Source: an uncultured Acidobacteriota bacterium
GTDB taxonomy: Bacteria; Acidobacteriota; Terriglobia; Terriglobales; Acidobacteriaceae
Assembly (NCBI GenBank): GCA_903851035.1
Contig: CAINND010000099.1
Coordinates: 88-64,087, forward strand
DNA: 64,000 nucleotides
Reading direction: 5' to 3'
The translations under genes and the position numbers were made by a program. The stretch's first letter is position 1. Each line of letters begins with the position of its first letter. This document shows positions 35,756 to 44,855 of the stretch, one piece after another. The notes under the pieces are model-generated. The model ran no database searches. It was not told the DNA's origin and saw only the letters and a program-made list of their open reading frames with translations.

Positions 35756-35790
35756 ACCTTCACCCGCCACCATGGCGGAGTAAATCACAT

Positions 35791-35988
35791 ATGTCATCGG
35801 CACAGAACCCAGCTAATCCTCGGCCGCCAGCCGGCGGCTCACCCGGCCCTTGCCGTCATCCGCGTGTGCAGATTGTGGCCCGCGAGGAGGACTCCGAATT
35901 CGTTGAATGCCTGGACTGCCGCGAGGTCTTTGAGAGCAGCGAATTCAAGGATATGGAGATCGAGGACAAGGCCTTCCCCGAGGAGTAA
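35791..35988 (+). CDS. Small acidic Cys/His-containing protein (65 aa), unknown function
   Basis: ATG 35791 has GGAG about 11 nt upstream and the promoter above. It reads MSSAQNPANPRPPAGGSPGPCRHPRVQIVAREEDSEFVECLDCREVFESSEFKDMEIEDKAFPEE, with a C-x-H ... C-x2-C pattern. Confidence 0.45.
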   Translation: MSSAQNPANPRPPAGGSPGPCRHPRVQIVAREEDSEFVECLDCREVFESSEFKDMEIEDKAFPEE

Positions 35989-36129
35989 CTACTTCCCATT
36001 CCGATACTTGCCCACCCCTGCCCGTGCCGGGGTTACTTTGGAATGCTCTATGTCTTTCAAAATGCGGGCAGATGCTGTTCTTTGGGGTATCATCACGGTG
36101 GCATGGAAACATAGCCAGGGGTAGTAATT

Positions 36130-36513
36130 GTGACAGGAGCAGTACCCAAAACCGCGTTGGTCGTCGATGACTCGATGCTCATCCGCCATAGCGTCTGCCG
36201 CTTTCTTGAGGAGCGCGGCTTTGTCGTGGAATCGGCCACCAATGGCGTGGAAGCCCTGGAAGTGCTCGCCAACTTCGTCCCCGACATCATCATCACCGAC
36301 CTCAGCATGCCGCGCATGGGTGGCATGGAACTGGTCGAGCGCGTTCGCCAGATGGAGATCTTCGCCAGCACGCCCATCCTGGTGCTGGCCGCACGCCGCA
36401 GCGCCGGCCAGATGGCCAGCGAACTGCCCTCCGGCACCGCCGCCGTCATATTCAAGGATATCGATATCGAGTTGCAGTTAAGCCGCGCCCTATACGCGAC
36501 CATGCCCGCATAA
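36130..36513 (+). CDS. Stand-alone response regulator receiver (CheY-like)
   Basis: 127 aa. It has ALVVDDS, IIITDLSMPRMGGMELV (phospho-acceptor Asp), then ILVLAA and a conserved Lys region. There is no output domain. Confidence 0.85.
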   Translation: MTGAVPKTALVVDDSMLIRHSVCRFLEERGFVVESATNGVEALEVLANFVPDIIITDLSMPRMGGMELVERVRQMEIFASTPILVLAARRSAGQMASELPSGTAAVIFKDIDIELQLSRALYATMPA

Positions 36514-36653
36514 GCGAGTTCCCCTCCAACTGCGCCGCACTTCAGTCACATGGAAAACCAGAAGATAAGTTGCTCGGGGGTTCCCCGTCCCGCCGCGGAA
36601 TTGCTATGCTGATGAGTCATAGCATTTTGTTTGCATAGTCCCGGGGTTCGCAC

Positions 36654-37787
36654 GTGCCAGATCACACCTCAGAGACATCGGTTCTGCTGGGTTCGCTTTA
36701 CGAAGCGGCAACCCAGCCCGAGTTGTGGCCCGAGTTTCTGCGCAGTGCCAGTCAGCTTTTTCAAGCGGAAAATGCAGCGATTGTGCAACATGCTCCCATG
36801 AATGTGAGCACGATTGTGTGTGCCGATTTCGGATTGGATACGGAGACCGCGCGCGCCGCCGAACACTTCAGCCGCATCGATCCCTGGATGCACGAGATAC
36901 TGAAGCACCAGCGCCACGGCTTTTACTGCGGCTCACCCGAAGACGAGATGCCGCTGGAGCAGTTCCGGCGCTCCCGCGTTTTTCACGATTTTTACCGCAA
37001 ACATGGCATCGAGTGGGCGGCGGCGGCCCTCATCTTTAACGAGGATGGCGCAATGCCGGGCCTGGCCCTGGGCCGTGCTCCTGGCAAACCACCCTTCAGC
37101 CCCACCGACAAGGCCCGGCTGCGCGAACTGGTGCCCCACCTCGAACGTGTCTTCCGCATCCAGCGCGAATACCTCTCACTGCGCGAGCGTAACGAGGCCG
37201 GCCAGCACGCGCTCGACCTGATGGGCGCCGCCACCCTGACTCTGGATGCCGTGGGCCGCGTACTCAGCATCAACCGCCGCGCCCATTCCCTGATTGCCGA
37301 TGGCGTTGTGCTGCGCATGGAGCAGCGCCGCCTGCTGGCCACCACCCGCCAGCAGCAGCGAGCCCTGGATAACTGCCTGCTCAAGGCCTGTGCCTGCGGC
37401 GCCGGCAAGTCCAGCGATCCGGGCGATGGCGCCCTGGTGCTGGAAAGCCCGCAGGGCCGCACCATTTATCTCTCTGTGCTGCCCTATCAGTCCTCCGGCG
37501 CGCCGCTCGATGCGCGTGCCGCCGCCCTCCTGTTTTTGACCACGCCGGAGGAGCAGGGACAGGGCGAGCACCGCCTGTGGCACAAGATGTTCAGCCTCAG
37601 CCCGGCTGAATGCCGCGTGGCGGAGATGATGAAACAGGGCATGGAAGCCAACGAAATCAGCGACGCCATTCGCATCAAGGTGGACACCGTGCGCTACTAC
37701 CAGAAGTCCATTTACCGCAAAACCGGCACACGCGGACAGGGCCCCTTATTGCGCCTGCTCACCCGCCTGCCCTCCTCGCACCTGTAA
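36654..37787 (+). CDS. LuxR-family transcriptional regulator with unassigned ~300-aa N-terminal sensor domain
   Basis: The C-terminal HTH is LSPAECRVAEMMKQGMEANEISDAIRIKVDTVRYYQKSIYRKTG. The N-terminal part is not a receiver domain. Confidence 0.85.
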   Translation: MPDHTSETSVLLGSLYEAATQPELWPEFLRSASQLFQAENAAIVQHAPMNVSTIVCADFGLDTETARAAEHFSRIDPWMHEILKHQRHGFYCGSPEDEMPLEQFRRSRVFHDFYRKHGIEWAAAALIFNEDGAMPGLALGRAPGKPPFSPTDKARLRELVPHLERVFRIQREYLSLRERNEAGQHALDLMGAATLTLDAVGRVLSINRRAHSLIADGVVLRMEQRRLLATTRQQQRALDNCLLKACACGAGKSSDPGDGALVLESPQGRTIYLSVLPYQSSGAPLDARAAALLFLTTPEEQGQGEHRLWHKMFSLSPAECRVAEMMKQGMEANEISDAIRIKVDTVRYYQKSIYRKTGTRGQGPLLRLLTRLPSSHL

Positions 37788-37975
37788 ACACATACTTCTG
37801 TATAGAATTGCTCACTTCGATATTTATTCCCAAAACGGCCCCAAAAAACCTCCCATTTGGGGGGTATTCAGCCCCGCAAAGGCCCCCTACTATCGCTTGC
37901 AGGGTCAACAAGAGGGTTTGCCTCCGGGGGAGGAGTTCTAACCTTCAAGTGGGCCTGGAGCGTATCAATTTACGG

Positions 37976-38011
37976 CAAGGGTAGCCTGCAAAGGCTGCCC
38001 TTGTTTATTTT
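37976..38011 (+). terminator. Strong Rho-independent terminator
   Basis: An 11-bp stem CAAGGGTAGCC-tgcaaa-GGCTGCCCTTG is followed by TTTATTTT. It lies 190 nt after the LuxR stop. Confidence 0.7.
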
Positions 38012-38084
38012 GCGCTGCATTTGAGCCTGTTTTTATGCGGTTGCTGTGCAGATTGCGTGCGCTGCTTACTAAAGACGGTTGCAG

Positions 38085-39236
38085 TCAGCGCAGCGTCAGG
38101 TTGGCTTCGGCCGTCAAATCCAGTCCCGCAAAGTCCTCGGCCAGCCACTTGGAATGTGCCGCCGCGGCCACCATGGCGGCATTATCGGTGGACATGGCGC
38201 GCGAGGGGAATCGGGCGACAACGCCCTGTCCTGGCGCATGGCGTTCAAAGCTCTCGCGCAGGGCGCTGTTGGCCGCCACGCCGCCGGTCACAAGCAGGGT
38301 GCGCACGCCGAACTCCTCGCAGGCGGCCAGCGTGCGCCGTGTCAGGTCGCCCACCACGGCAGCCTGGAAGCTGGCAATCAGGTCCAGCGTCTGGCCATCG
38401 CAGTGCGCCAGCAGTTGCTCGTCGGTGGGCCGCTCCAGGGCCAGCAGGGCGTGGCGCCGCCGCTCAATGGCCTCGAATATCTGGTGCGTTTCCACATAGC
38501 GCAGCACCGCCGTCTTGATGCCGCTGTAGCTGAAGTCAAAGCGCGGGCCGTTATCTTCCGACGCTCCGCCGCGCTTGGAGGGCTGGCGCGCGTGGTGTTT
38601 CATCTGCGCAAAGGTAAAGGGCACGGCCTTCGGGTTGCCGTGGCGGGCAAGGCGGTCAATCAGCGGACCGCCGGGATAGCCCAACCCCAGCAGCTTGGCC
38701 GTCTTGTCAAAGGCCTCGCCGGCGGCGTCGTCGCGGGTGTGGCCCACGTTGCGGTAGCGCCACTGCGCGCCCGCCTGCTCCGCCAGAAAAAGATGCGTGT
38801 GTCCTCCGCTGACCACCAGCGCCAGCAGGGGGAACTCGACCTTGCCGTGGCGGCTGTGCTCCAGCAGCACGGCGTGGATGTGGCCTTCCAGGTGGTTGAC
38901 CGCGATCAGCGGTTTGCCCAGCGCCCAGGCCAGCGACTTGGCAAAGCAGACTCCGGTCAGCAACGCTCCGGCCAGCCCCGGGCCGCTGGTCACGGCCACG
39001 GCGTCAAGCTCTTCCTGTCGCATGCCGGCTTTTTCCAGCGCCGCCCGAGTCACAGGCAGCAGGTTGCGCAGATGCTCGCGGCTGGCCAGCTCCGGCACCA
39101 CGCCGCCATAGGGCGAGTGCGTCGCAATCTGGCTGGCGACCACCGAGCTGATCAGTTCGTCGCCGCCGCGCACGATGGCTGCGGCCGTCTCGTCGCAACT
39201 GCTCTCCAGCCCCAGGATGGTGGCGCGCGTGGTCAT
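38085..39236 (-). CDS. tsaD: tRNA N6-adenosine threonylcarbamoyltransferase
   Basis: From ATG 39236 it reads MTTRATILGLESSCDETAAAIV..., with GHIHAVLLE and GGVAAN motifs of the Kae1/TsaD family. Confidence 0.93.
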   Translation of the reverse strand: MTTRATILGLESSCDETAAAIVRGGDELISSVVASQIATHSPYGGVVPELASREHLRNLLPVTRAALEKAGMRQEELDAVAVTSGPGLAGALLTGVCFAKSLAWALGKPLIAVNHLEGHIHAVLLEHSRHGKVEFPLLALVVSGGHTHLFLAEQAGAQWRYRNVGHTRDDAAGEAFDKTAKLLGLGYPGGPLIDRLARHGNPKAVPFTFAQMKHHARQPSKRGGASEDNGPRFDFSYSGIKTAVLRYVETHQIFEAIERRRHALLALERPTDEQLLAHCDGQTLDLIASFQAAVVGDLTRRTLAACEEFGVRTLLVTGGVAANSALRESFERHAPGQGVVARFPSRAMSTDNAAMVAAAAHSKWLAEDFAGLDLTAEANLTLR

Positions 39237-39287
39237 GCATCCAGCATAGCGCGTTCGCATCTACGAGTTAAGCTCTACAATGTCCTC

Positions 39288-40643
39288 ATGCAGCGTCAGG
39301 CGGCGGTGGTTGCGGTGGAAAGGTTGCGCGCGGCGGGGCACCAGGCCCTGTGGGCTGGCGGATGCGTGCGCGATCTGCTGCTGGGCCGCGAACCCTCGGA
39401 CTACGACGTTGCCACCTCCGCCCGTCCCGACCAGGTGATTGCCCTCTTTGCCCAGACCTTCGCCGTGGGTGCACAGTTCGGCGTGGTGCTGGTGCCATTT
39501 AATGCGCTGGGCCAGCCTGAAGCCAGCGGACACATTGAGGTGGCCACCTTCCGCGCCGACGGAGCCTACCTCGACGGCCGCCATCCGGAGAGCGTGCTCT
39601 ACACTAACAGCGCGCAGCAGGACGTGGCCCGCCGCGACTTCACCATCAACGGCCTGCTGCTCGATCCCCTGAGCGCCCATCCAAACAGTCCGCACGGTGA
39701 GCTGCATGACTTTGTCGGCGGGCGCGAGGACATGGATCGCGGCATTATCCGCGCCATCGGCGAGCCCGCCCGCCGCTTTGCCGAAGACAAGCTGCGCATG
39801 CTGCGCGCCGCCCGTTTTGCCGCGCGCTTCGGCTATCGCATCGAGGAGCGTACCGCCGCGGCCATCCGCGCCCACGCCGCGCAAATCCACCAGGTCAGCC
39901 GGGAGCGCGTGCGCGACGAGCTGACCAAGATGCTGACCGAGGGCCGCGCCCGCCGCGCCTTCGAACTGCTCGATGATCTCGGACTGCTGGCCGAGGTGCT
40001 GCCGGAGATCACGCGCATGAAGGGCGTCGAGCAGCCGCCACAGTTTCATCCTGAAGGCGATGTTTTTACCCACACGCTTTTTCTGCTGGAAGGGCTGCCC
40101 GCTGGTTGCCCGGCCACGCTCGCCTGGGGAGCCCTGCTGCACGATGCGGGTAAACCCGCGACATTTCGCGTTGCACCGGATCGCATTCGCTTCGACGGCC
40201 ACGTGGAGATTGGCTCGGCTATTGCCGCCGAGTTGATGACCCGCCTGCGCTTCAGCAATCGCGAGCGCGCGCAGGTACTGGCGCTGGTGGAAAACCACAT
40301 GCGCTTTGCCGACGTGAAAAAGATGAAGGACTCCACCTTCAAGCGCTTTGTCCGCCTTGAAGATTTCGACGAGCACCTGGCGCTGCATCGTCTGGATTGC
40401 CTTGCCAGCCACGGCCAGCTCGACCTGTACGACTACACGCGTGAGCGGTTGGCTTCACTGCCCGCGGAGTCTGTTCGTCCGGCCTCGCTCATCAGCGGAC
40501 ACGATCTGATTGCCGCAGGCTTCGCCCCCGGTCCGCGCTTTGCCCAAGTGCTGGCCGCCGTGGAAGACGCGCAACTCGATGGCACGGTCCACACCCGCGA
40601 GGATGCGTTGGCGCTGGCCGCGCGCCTGCTGGCGGAAGGGTAA
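39288..40643 (+). CDS. cca: CCA-adding enzyme / tRNA nucleotidyltransferase with HD domain
   Basis: The internal ATG 39288 of track ORF 38079..40643 gives MQRQAAVVAVERLRAAGHQALWAGGCVRDLLLGREPSDYDVATSARP, then RRDFTINGLL and an HD region (LLHDAGK). The upstream part of the track ORF is antisense to tsaD. Confidence 0.88.
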   Translation: MQRQAAVVAVERLRAAGHQALWAGGCVRDLLLGREPSDYDVATSARPDQVIALFAQTFAVGAQFGVVLVPFNALGQPEASGHIEVATFRADGAYLDGRHPESVLYTNSAQQDVARRDFTINGLLLDPLSAHPNSPHGELHDFVGGREDMDRGIIRAIGEPARRFAEDKLRMLRAARFAARFGYRIEERTAAAIRAHAAQIHQVSRERVRDELTKMLTEGRARRAFELLDDLGLLAEVLPEITRMKGVEQPPQFHPEGDVFTHTLFLLEGLPAGCPATLAWGALLHDAGKPATFRVAPDRIRFDGHVEIGSAIAAELMTRLRFSNRERAQVLALVENHMRFADVKKMKDSTFKRFVRLEDFDEHLALHRLDCLASHGQLDLYDYTRERLASLPAESVRPASLISGHDLIAAGFAPGPRFAQVLAAVEDAQLDGTVHTREDALALAARLLAEG

Positions 40644-40685
40644 GCCGCCACATCCATCGCGCCCGGCCTCCGCTATAATTGTTCG

Positions 40686-41021
40686 ATGGAGAAGGCCTCC
40701 CACACATTGCAGCGCCTTATGCTGGCCGCCCTGCGCCGCGTGCCTGCCGCCGAGCTGCCCGCCGCGGCCTGGGACTTCGCCGCCGGGCAAAAGGTGGCGG
40801 AGAAGACGCGCGTGGTCGGATGCACCGAGGGCATCCTCACCGTCGAGGTGCCGGACGTGCGCTGGCGCGCGCAGTTGCAATCCATGGCGCCGCAGTTTCT
40901 CAGCCGCATGGCGGAGCTGATTCAGATTGAGCGCATCGAGTTCACCGTCAAGGGTGGCGCCGAACCCGAGCGCAATCCTCTGCGCAACAAGTCCACACAA
41001 TGGGGAAGAAGGAACGCATGA
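40686..41021 (+). CDS. DUF721 (DciA-like) domain protein
   Basis: 111 aa. The pattern AAWDFAAGQKVAEKTRVVGCTEGILTVEVPDVRWRAQLQSMAPQFLSRMAELIQIERIEF fits DUF721. Its stop overlaps the gatC ATG (ATGA). Confidence 0.6.
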   Translation: MEKASHTLQRLMLAALRRVPAAELPAAAWDFAAGQKVAEKTRVVGCTEGILTVEVPDVRWRAQLQSMAPQFLSRMAELIQIERIEFTVKGGAEPERNPLRNKSTQWGRRNA

Positions 41022-41335
41022 AGGTCACTGAAAAGGACGTCGCCTACGTCGCCGATCTCGCCAACCTGGAGCTGACGCCCGATGAGAGCCGGCACATGGT
41101 GGACGATCTCAACTCCATCCTCGGCCACATGGACCAGCTCAACCGCCTGGACACCTCGGGCGTCGAGCCGCTCGCGGAGCTGGTCTCCAGCTTTGCGCCC
41201 GCAGGCAGCGAAGATTTCTCCTACGCGCAGCGCGCCGACGAAGTCCGCCCCGGTCTTACTCGTGAGAATGCGCTGGCCAACGCTCCCGACACCGACGGCA
41301 CCTGCTTCCGCGTGCCCAAGGTCATTGAGCGTTAA
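41018..41335 (+). CDS. gatC: Asp/Glu-tRNA amidotransferase subunit C
   Basis: From ATG 41018 it reads MKVTEKDVAYVADLANLELTPDESRHMVDDLNSILGHMDQLNRLDTSGVEP. Confidence 0.9.
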   Translation: MKVTEKDVAYVADLANLELTPDESRHMVDDLNSILGHMDQLNRLDTSGVEPLAELVSSFAPAGSEDFSYAQRADEVRPGLTRENALANAPDTDGTCFRVPKVIER

Positions 41336-41350
41336 GGAGAGGATGACGCG

Positions 41351-42787
41351 ATGAATACAAAAACGTTGACCATCGGCGAAGTCCACAGCAGCCTGCGCGA
41401 GGGCCGCACCACCGCAACCGCCCTCGCGGAATCCTACCTGTCGGCCATTGCCGCCCACGATGCCGAGATTGGCAGCTACCTCACCGTCACCCGTGAGCGT
41501 GCGCTGGCCAAGGCCGCGCAGATTGACCACCTCGTCGAAAAGGGCGATCCCTTGCCGCCGCTGGCGGGCGTTCCGGTGGGCATCAAGGATGTGCTGATGA
41601 CCGCTGGCGTTCGCACTACGGCGGGCTCAAAGTTTTTGGATAAGTTTGTCGCCCCATACGATGCCACCAGCGTCGCGCGGCTGGAGTCGGCCGGCGCCGT
41701 CTGCCTGGGCAAGCTCAACTGCGACGAGTTCGCCATGGGTTCGTCGAATGAGAACTCCGCCTTTTATCCCGTGCACAATCCGCATGACACAACGCGCGTT
41801 CCCGGCGGCAGCAGCGGAGGTTCGGCGGCCAGCGTGGCGGCGGGCTTCGCCGTGGCCACGCTCGGTTCAGATACCGGCGGCAGCATTCGCCAGCCCGCGG
41901 CCTTTTGCGGAGTGGTCGGCGTGCTGCCCACCTACGGACGCGTCTCGCGCTACGGCCTCATCGCCTTTGCCAGCTCGCTCGATCACGTCGGCCCCCTGGC
42001 GAACACCGTCGAGGATGCGGCCACCGTGCTCGGCGTCATCTCCGGGCGCGACCCGCTGGATTCCACCTCGGCCGCCGCGCCCGTGCCGGACTTCGCCGCC
42101 GAATGCGGGCGCGATGTCAAAGGCTTGCGCGTTGGCTTGCCCAAGGAATATTTCAGCGCCGGGCTGGACACGGAGATTCGCAACTCAATCGAGCGCCAGG
42201 TGGACGGCCTGCGTGCAGCCGGTTGCGAGATCGTTGAGATCACGCTGCCGCACACCGAATACGCCATTCCCGTTTACTACATCGTCGCCACAGCCGAAGC
42301 CAGTGCTAATCTGGCGCGCTTTGATGGCGTGCGCTACACCTCGCGCTCCACGCAGGTGAAGACCCTGGCCGACATGTATCGCAAGAGCCGCGATGAGGGC
42401 TTCGGCGCGGAGGTCAAGCGCCGCATCCTGCTTGGCACCTATGTTTTAAGCGCGGGCTATTACGATGCCTACTACCGCAAGGCGCAGCAGGTACGTGCGC
42501 TTTTGCTCAAGGACTTCCAGCAGGCCTTCACACAGGTGGATGCCATCGTCACTCCCGTCACGCCTACGGCGGCCTTCAAGCTGGGCGAAAAGACCGGCGA
42601 CCCCATGGAGATGTACCTCAGCGACATCTACACCGTCACGGCCAATCTCGTCGGTGTGCCGGGCATCAGCGTGCCCTGCGGCACCAACCAGCAGGGATTG
42701 CCCATGGGCATACAGGTGCTGGGCCGTCACTTTGACGAATCAACCGTGCTGAGCCTGGCCTCAGCCATCGAGCGTCAGCAGAAGTAA
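41351..42787 (+). CDS. gatA: Asp/Glu-tRNA amidotransferase subunit A
   Basis: 478 aa. It has the amidase signature GGSSGGSAASVAAG, GSDTGGSIRQPA and LAGVPVGIKD. Confidence 0.95.
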   Translation: MNTKTLTIGEVHSSLREGRTTATALAESYLSAIAAHDAEIGSYLTVTRERALAKAAQIDHLVEKGDPLPPLAGVPVGIKDVLMTAGVRTTAGSKFLDKFVAPYDATSVARLESAGAVCLGKLNCDEFAMGSSNENSAFYPVHNPHDTTRVPGGSSGGSAASVAAGFAVATLGSDTGGSIRQPAAFCGVVGVLPTYGRVSRYGLIAFASSLDHVGPLANTVEDAATVLGVISGRDPLDSTSAAAPVPDFAAECGRDVKGLRVGLPKEYFSAGLDTEIRNSIERQVDGLRAAGCEIVEITLPHTEYAIPVYYIVATAEASANLARFDGVRYTSRSTQVKTLADMYRKSRDEGFGAEVKRRILLGTYVLSAGYYDAYYRKAQQVRALLLKDFQQAFTQVDAIVTPVTPTAAFKLGEKTGDPMEMYLSDIYTVTANLVGVPGISVPCGTNQQGLPMGIQVLGRHFDESTVLSLASAIERQQK

Positions 42788-42899
42788 CAAGCGCCGCAGG
42801 AATTTTTGGCGCAATGAAATCATCGGCGCGGCAGCAGTTGGCAGCACAGCTTACTTCTGCCGCGCACTTCTATCTTCATCCCAAATTGTTTAAGTAGAT

Positions 42900-43550
42900 T
42901 TACTCTTCGCGCGCGCTGCGGATCGGACTGGTGCGCCAGTTAAAGCGAATGCTCAGCGTGCGCAGCAGGAAGCAACTGACGGTGCCGATGACCGTGCTGG
43001 TGGTGCGGCTGTAGCCCAGCGTGTCGCTCAGCAGAAACGTTGCGGAGCCGAAGAGCGCGGCGATGGCGTAGAACTGTCCGCGCTCAAAGACCCGCGGCGA
43101 GCGTCCGCTCAGCACGTCGCGCAGCGAGCCGCCGCCCACGGCCGTCACCAGTCCCAACAGGATGCTGGGCAGCACGGTCAGCCCGTCGTGCAGGGCGCGC
43201 GTGGTTCCGGCAATGGCGAAAAAGCCCAAGGCCGCCGCGTCGCTCAGGTCAATGGCGCGGTCCATGCCGGGTCCCATGCGGTGCTCAAACAAGGCGGCCA
43301 CCGTGGCTCCGCCCAGCGCAATCAGAATGTACGAAGGATGCTGGAAGGCCAGCGGCGGCCCGTTCTGCAAAATGACGTCGCGCGTGATGCCGCCGCCCAT
43401 GGCGGTGACGAGCGCCAGCACATACACGCCCACCAGATCGTACTTGTAGCGCGTGTTGCGGATCGCCGACAGTCCGCCGCTCAAGGCGCCGGCCACGACC
43501 CCAAGGTATTCCACGACGAAGAAGACGGTGCCCAGGTGAATCAGCTTCAT
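42900..43550 (-). CDS. Trimeric intracellular cation channel-like membrane protein (UPF0126 / YadS family)
   Basis: 216 aa, seven hydrophobic segments, with a duplicated GGG(I/S)(T/L)RDV motif ([19 protein letters not shown]). Confidence 0.8.
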   Translation of the reverse strand: MKLIHLGTVFFVVEYLGVVAGALSGGLSAIRNTRYKYDLVGVYVLALVTAMGGGITRDVILQNGPPLAFQHPSYILIALGGATVAALFEHRMGPGMDRAIDLSDAAALGFFAIAGTTRALHDGLTVLPSILLGLVTAVGGGSLRDVLSGRSPRVFERGQFYAIAALFGSATFLLSDTLGYSRTTSTVIGTVSCFLLRTLSIRFNWRTSPIRSAREE

Positions 43551-43673
43551 GCCCTTCTATTATCGCAGGCCGCGCCAGCCTGCCCAACTGCACAAAGCGG
43601 CGAAAATGCTATTTTATATAGCACCGGGACACGTCGCCTTCGGGTGAAATCAAGGCAGGGTGAATCGAAGATC

Positions 43674-44423
43674 ATGTTTCGTACGATTCGCGAAGACATT
43701 CAATCCGTGCTGGACCGCGATCCGGCTGCCTCCAGCCGCCTGGTCGTGCTGTTGTATCCCGGACTGCACGCCGTGTGGGTGCATCACCTCAACCACTTTT
43801 TGTGGCGCAGGGGCTTCAAGTTACTGGCGCGCTATCTTTCGCAGCTCGCGCGCTTCTGGACCGGCATCGAGATTCATCCCGGCGCCACCATCGGCCGTCG
43901 GCTCTTTATCGATCACGGCATGGGCGTCGTCATCGGCGAGACCTCCATCATCGGCGATGACGTCACGCTCTACCACGGCATCACCCTGGGCGGCACCAGC
44001 CTGGAGAAGAAGAAGCGCCATCCCACCCTCGGCAACGGAGTCGTCGTGGGCAACACCTCCAGCGTGCTGGGCGATATCGTCGTGGGAGACAACTCCCGCG
44101 TCGGTGCCGGTTCGGTCGTGCTGCGCGACGTGCCTCCTAACTCCACCGTCGTTGGCGTTCCGGCCCACATCGTCTATCGCGACGGGGAGCGCGTCCTCAT
44201 CACCGACCCGCGCGATATTAAGGACCCCTTGAGCGATGCGCTGATCGCGCTCAGCAAGGATGTGAGCGAGTTGCGTGGCCGCCTCGACCGGCTCTCGCAT
44301 CTGGAGGCCTCCGCCCCCAAAGACGCGGTTGTGGCCGGACTGGAAGGCGAGGAGCAGCTCCGCAAGGATTACCGCAGCGAGTTCGACAAGAGCAACTTTG
44401 CCGACTTCGGCGCCGGCATCTGA
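43674..44423 (+). CDS. cysE: Serine O-acetyltransferase
   Basis: The internal ATG 43674 gives [21 protein letters not shown]..., with hexapeptide repeats ([41 protein letters not shown]). The C-terminal ...FGAGI ends in Ile, as in CysK-binding SAT tails. Confidence 0.9.
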   Translation: MFRTIREDIQSVLDRDPAASSRLVVLLYPGLHAVWVHHLNHFLWRRGFKLLARYLSQLARFWTGIEIHPGATIGRRLFIDHGMGVVIGETSIIGDDVTLYHGITLGGTSLEKKKRHPTLGNGVVVGNTSSVLGDIVVGDNSRVGAGSVVLRDVPPNSTVVGVPAHIVYRDGERVLITDPRDIKDPLSDALIALSKDVSELRGRLDRLSHLEASAPKDAVVAGLEGEEQLRKDYRSEFDKSNFADFGAGI

Positions 44424-44547
44424 TCTCCCTCCCTCCGCCCCATCTTCGATTGCCCGCCGCGCTGGTTGCCTGCGCCGTCACGGGCAGGGTAGCATCCTAG
44501 TTCGGGCCGTTGCGCAAAACCCGTCAGAAATCCAGCGCAACCGTCAC

Positions 44548-44622
44548 GGCGCGGTAGCCAAGTGGTAAGGCAGAGGCCTGCAAAGCCTTTATTCGGCGGT
44601 TCGATTCCGCCCCGCGCCTCCA
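44548..44622 (+). tRNA. tRNA-Cys (anticodon GCA), CCA encoded
   Basis: GGCGCGGTAGCCAAGTGGTAAGGCAGAGGCCTGCAAAGCCTTTATTCGGCGGTTCGATTCCGCCCCGCGCCTCCA. It has a 7-bp acceptor stem, anticodon loop CTGCAAA and a GGTTCGATTCC T-loop. Confidence 0.9.
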
Positions 44623-44855
44623 TTTTCTTATCTCGTTCCGCTGCCCATGGCATCCGTCGCTCTCTCCCACTCCCGTAGCTGCCTTCATAAACACCCGCGC
44701 CCGTTGGCCGCTGCGCTCGCTTGCAACCGGCAACGTGACCAAAGTACAGGGTTTACCGACTAGTTTCTTTTCATGTTACGGAAGTAAACCTGCCTCCAAT
44801 CATGGCTATACTTTTGTGTGGGATTTTCCCTTATTATCCAAAAGCCTATTCATGA

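Noticed and set aside
36606-36640. CUGAUGAG (the hammerhead ribozyme core sequence) in the loop of the hairpin GCTATG...CATAGC after the receiver gene.
   Set aside because: There is no stem II or GAAA element, and no third stem with a cleavage triplet in the right order. It is more simply a weak terminator hairpin followed by ATTTTGTTT.
38079-39287. N-terminal extensions of track ORFs: 38079..40643, 43188..44423, 50119..51738, 55027..55710, 33508..33615, 21273..21443, 59151..59261.
   Set aside because: The recognisable protein begins at an internal start with an RBS or a coupled ATGA. The upstream parts overlap neighbouring genes or lack any similarity.
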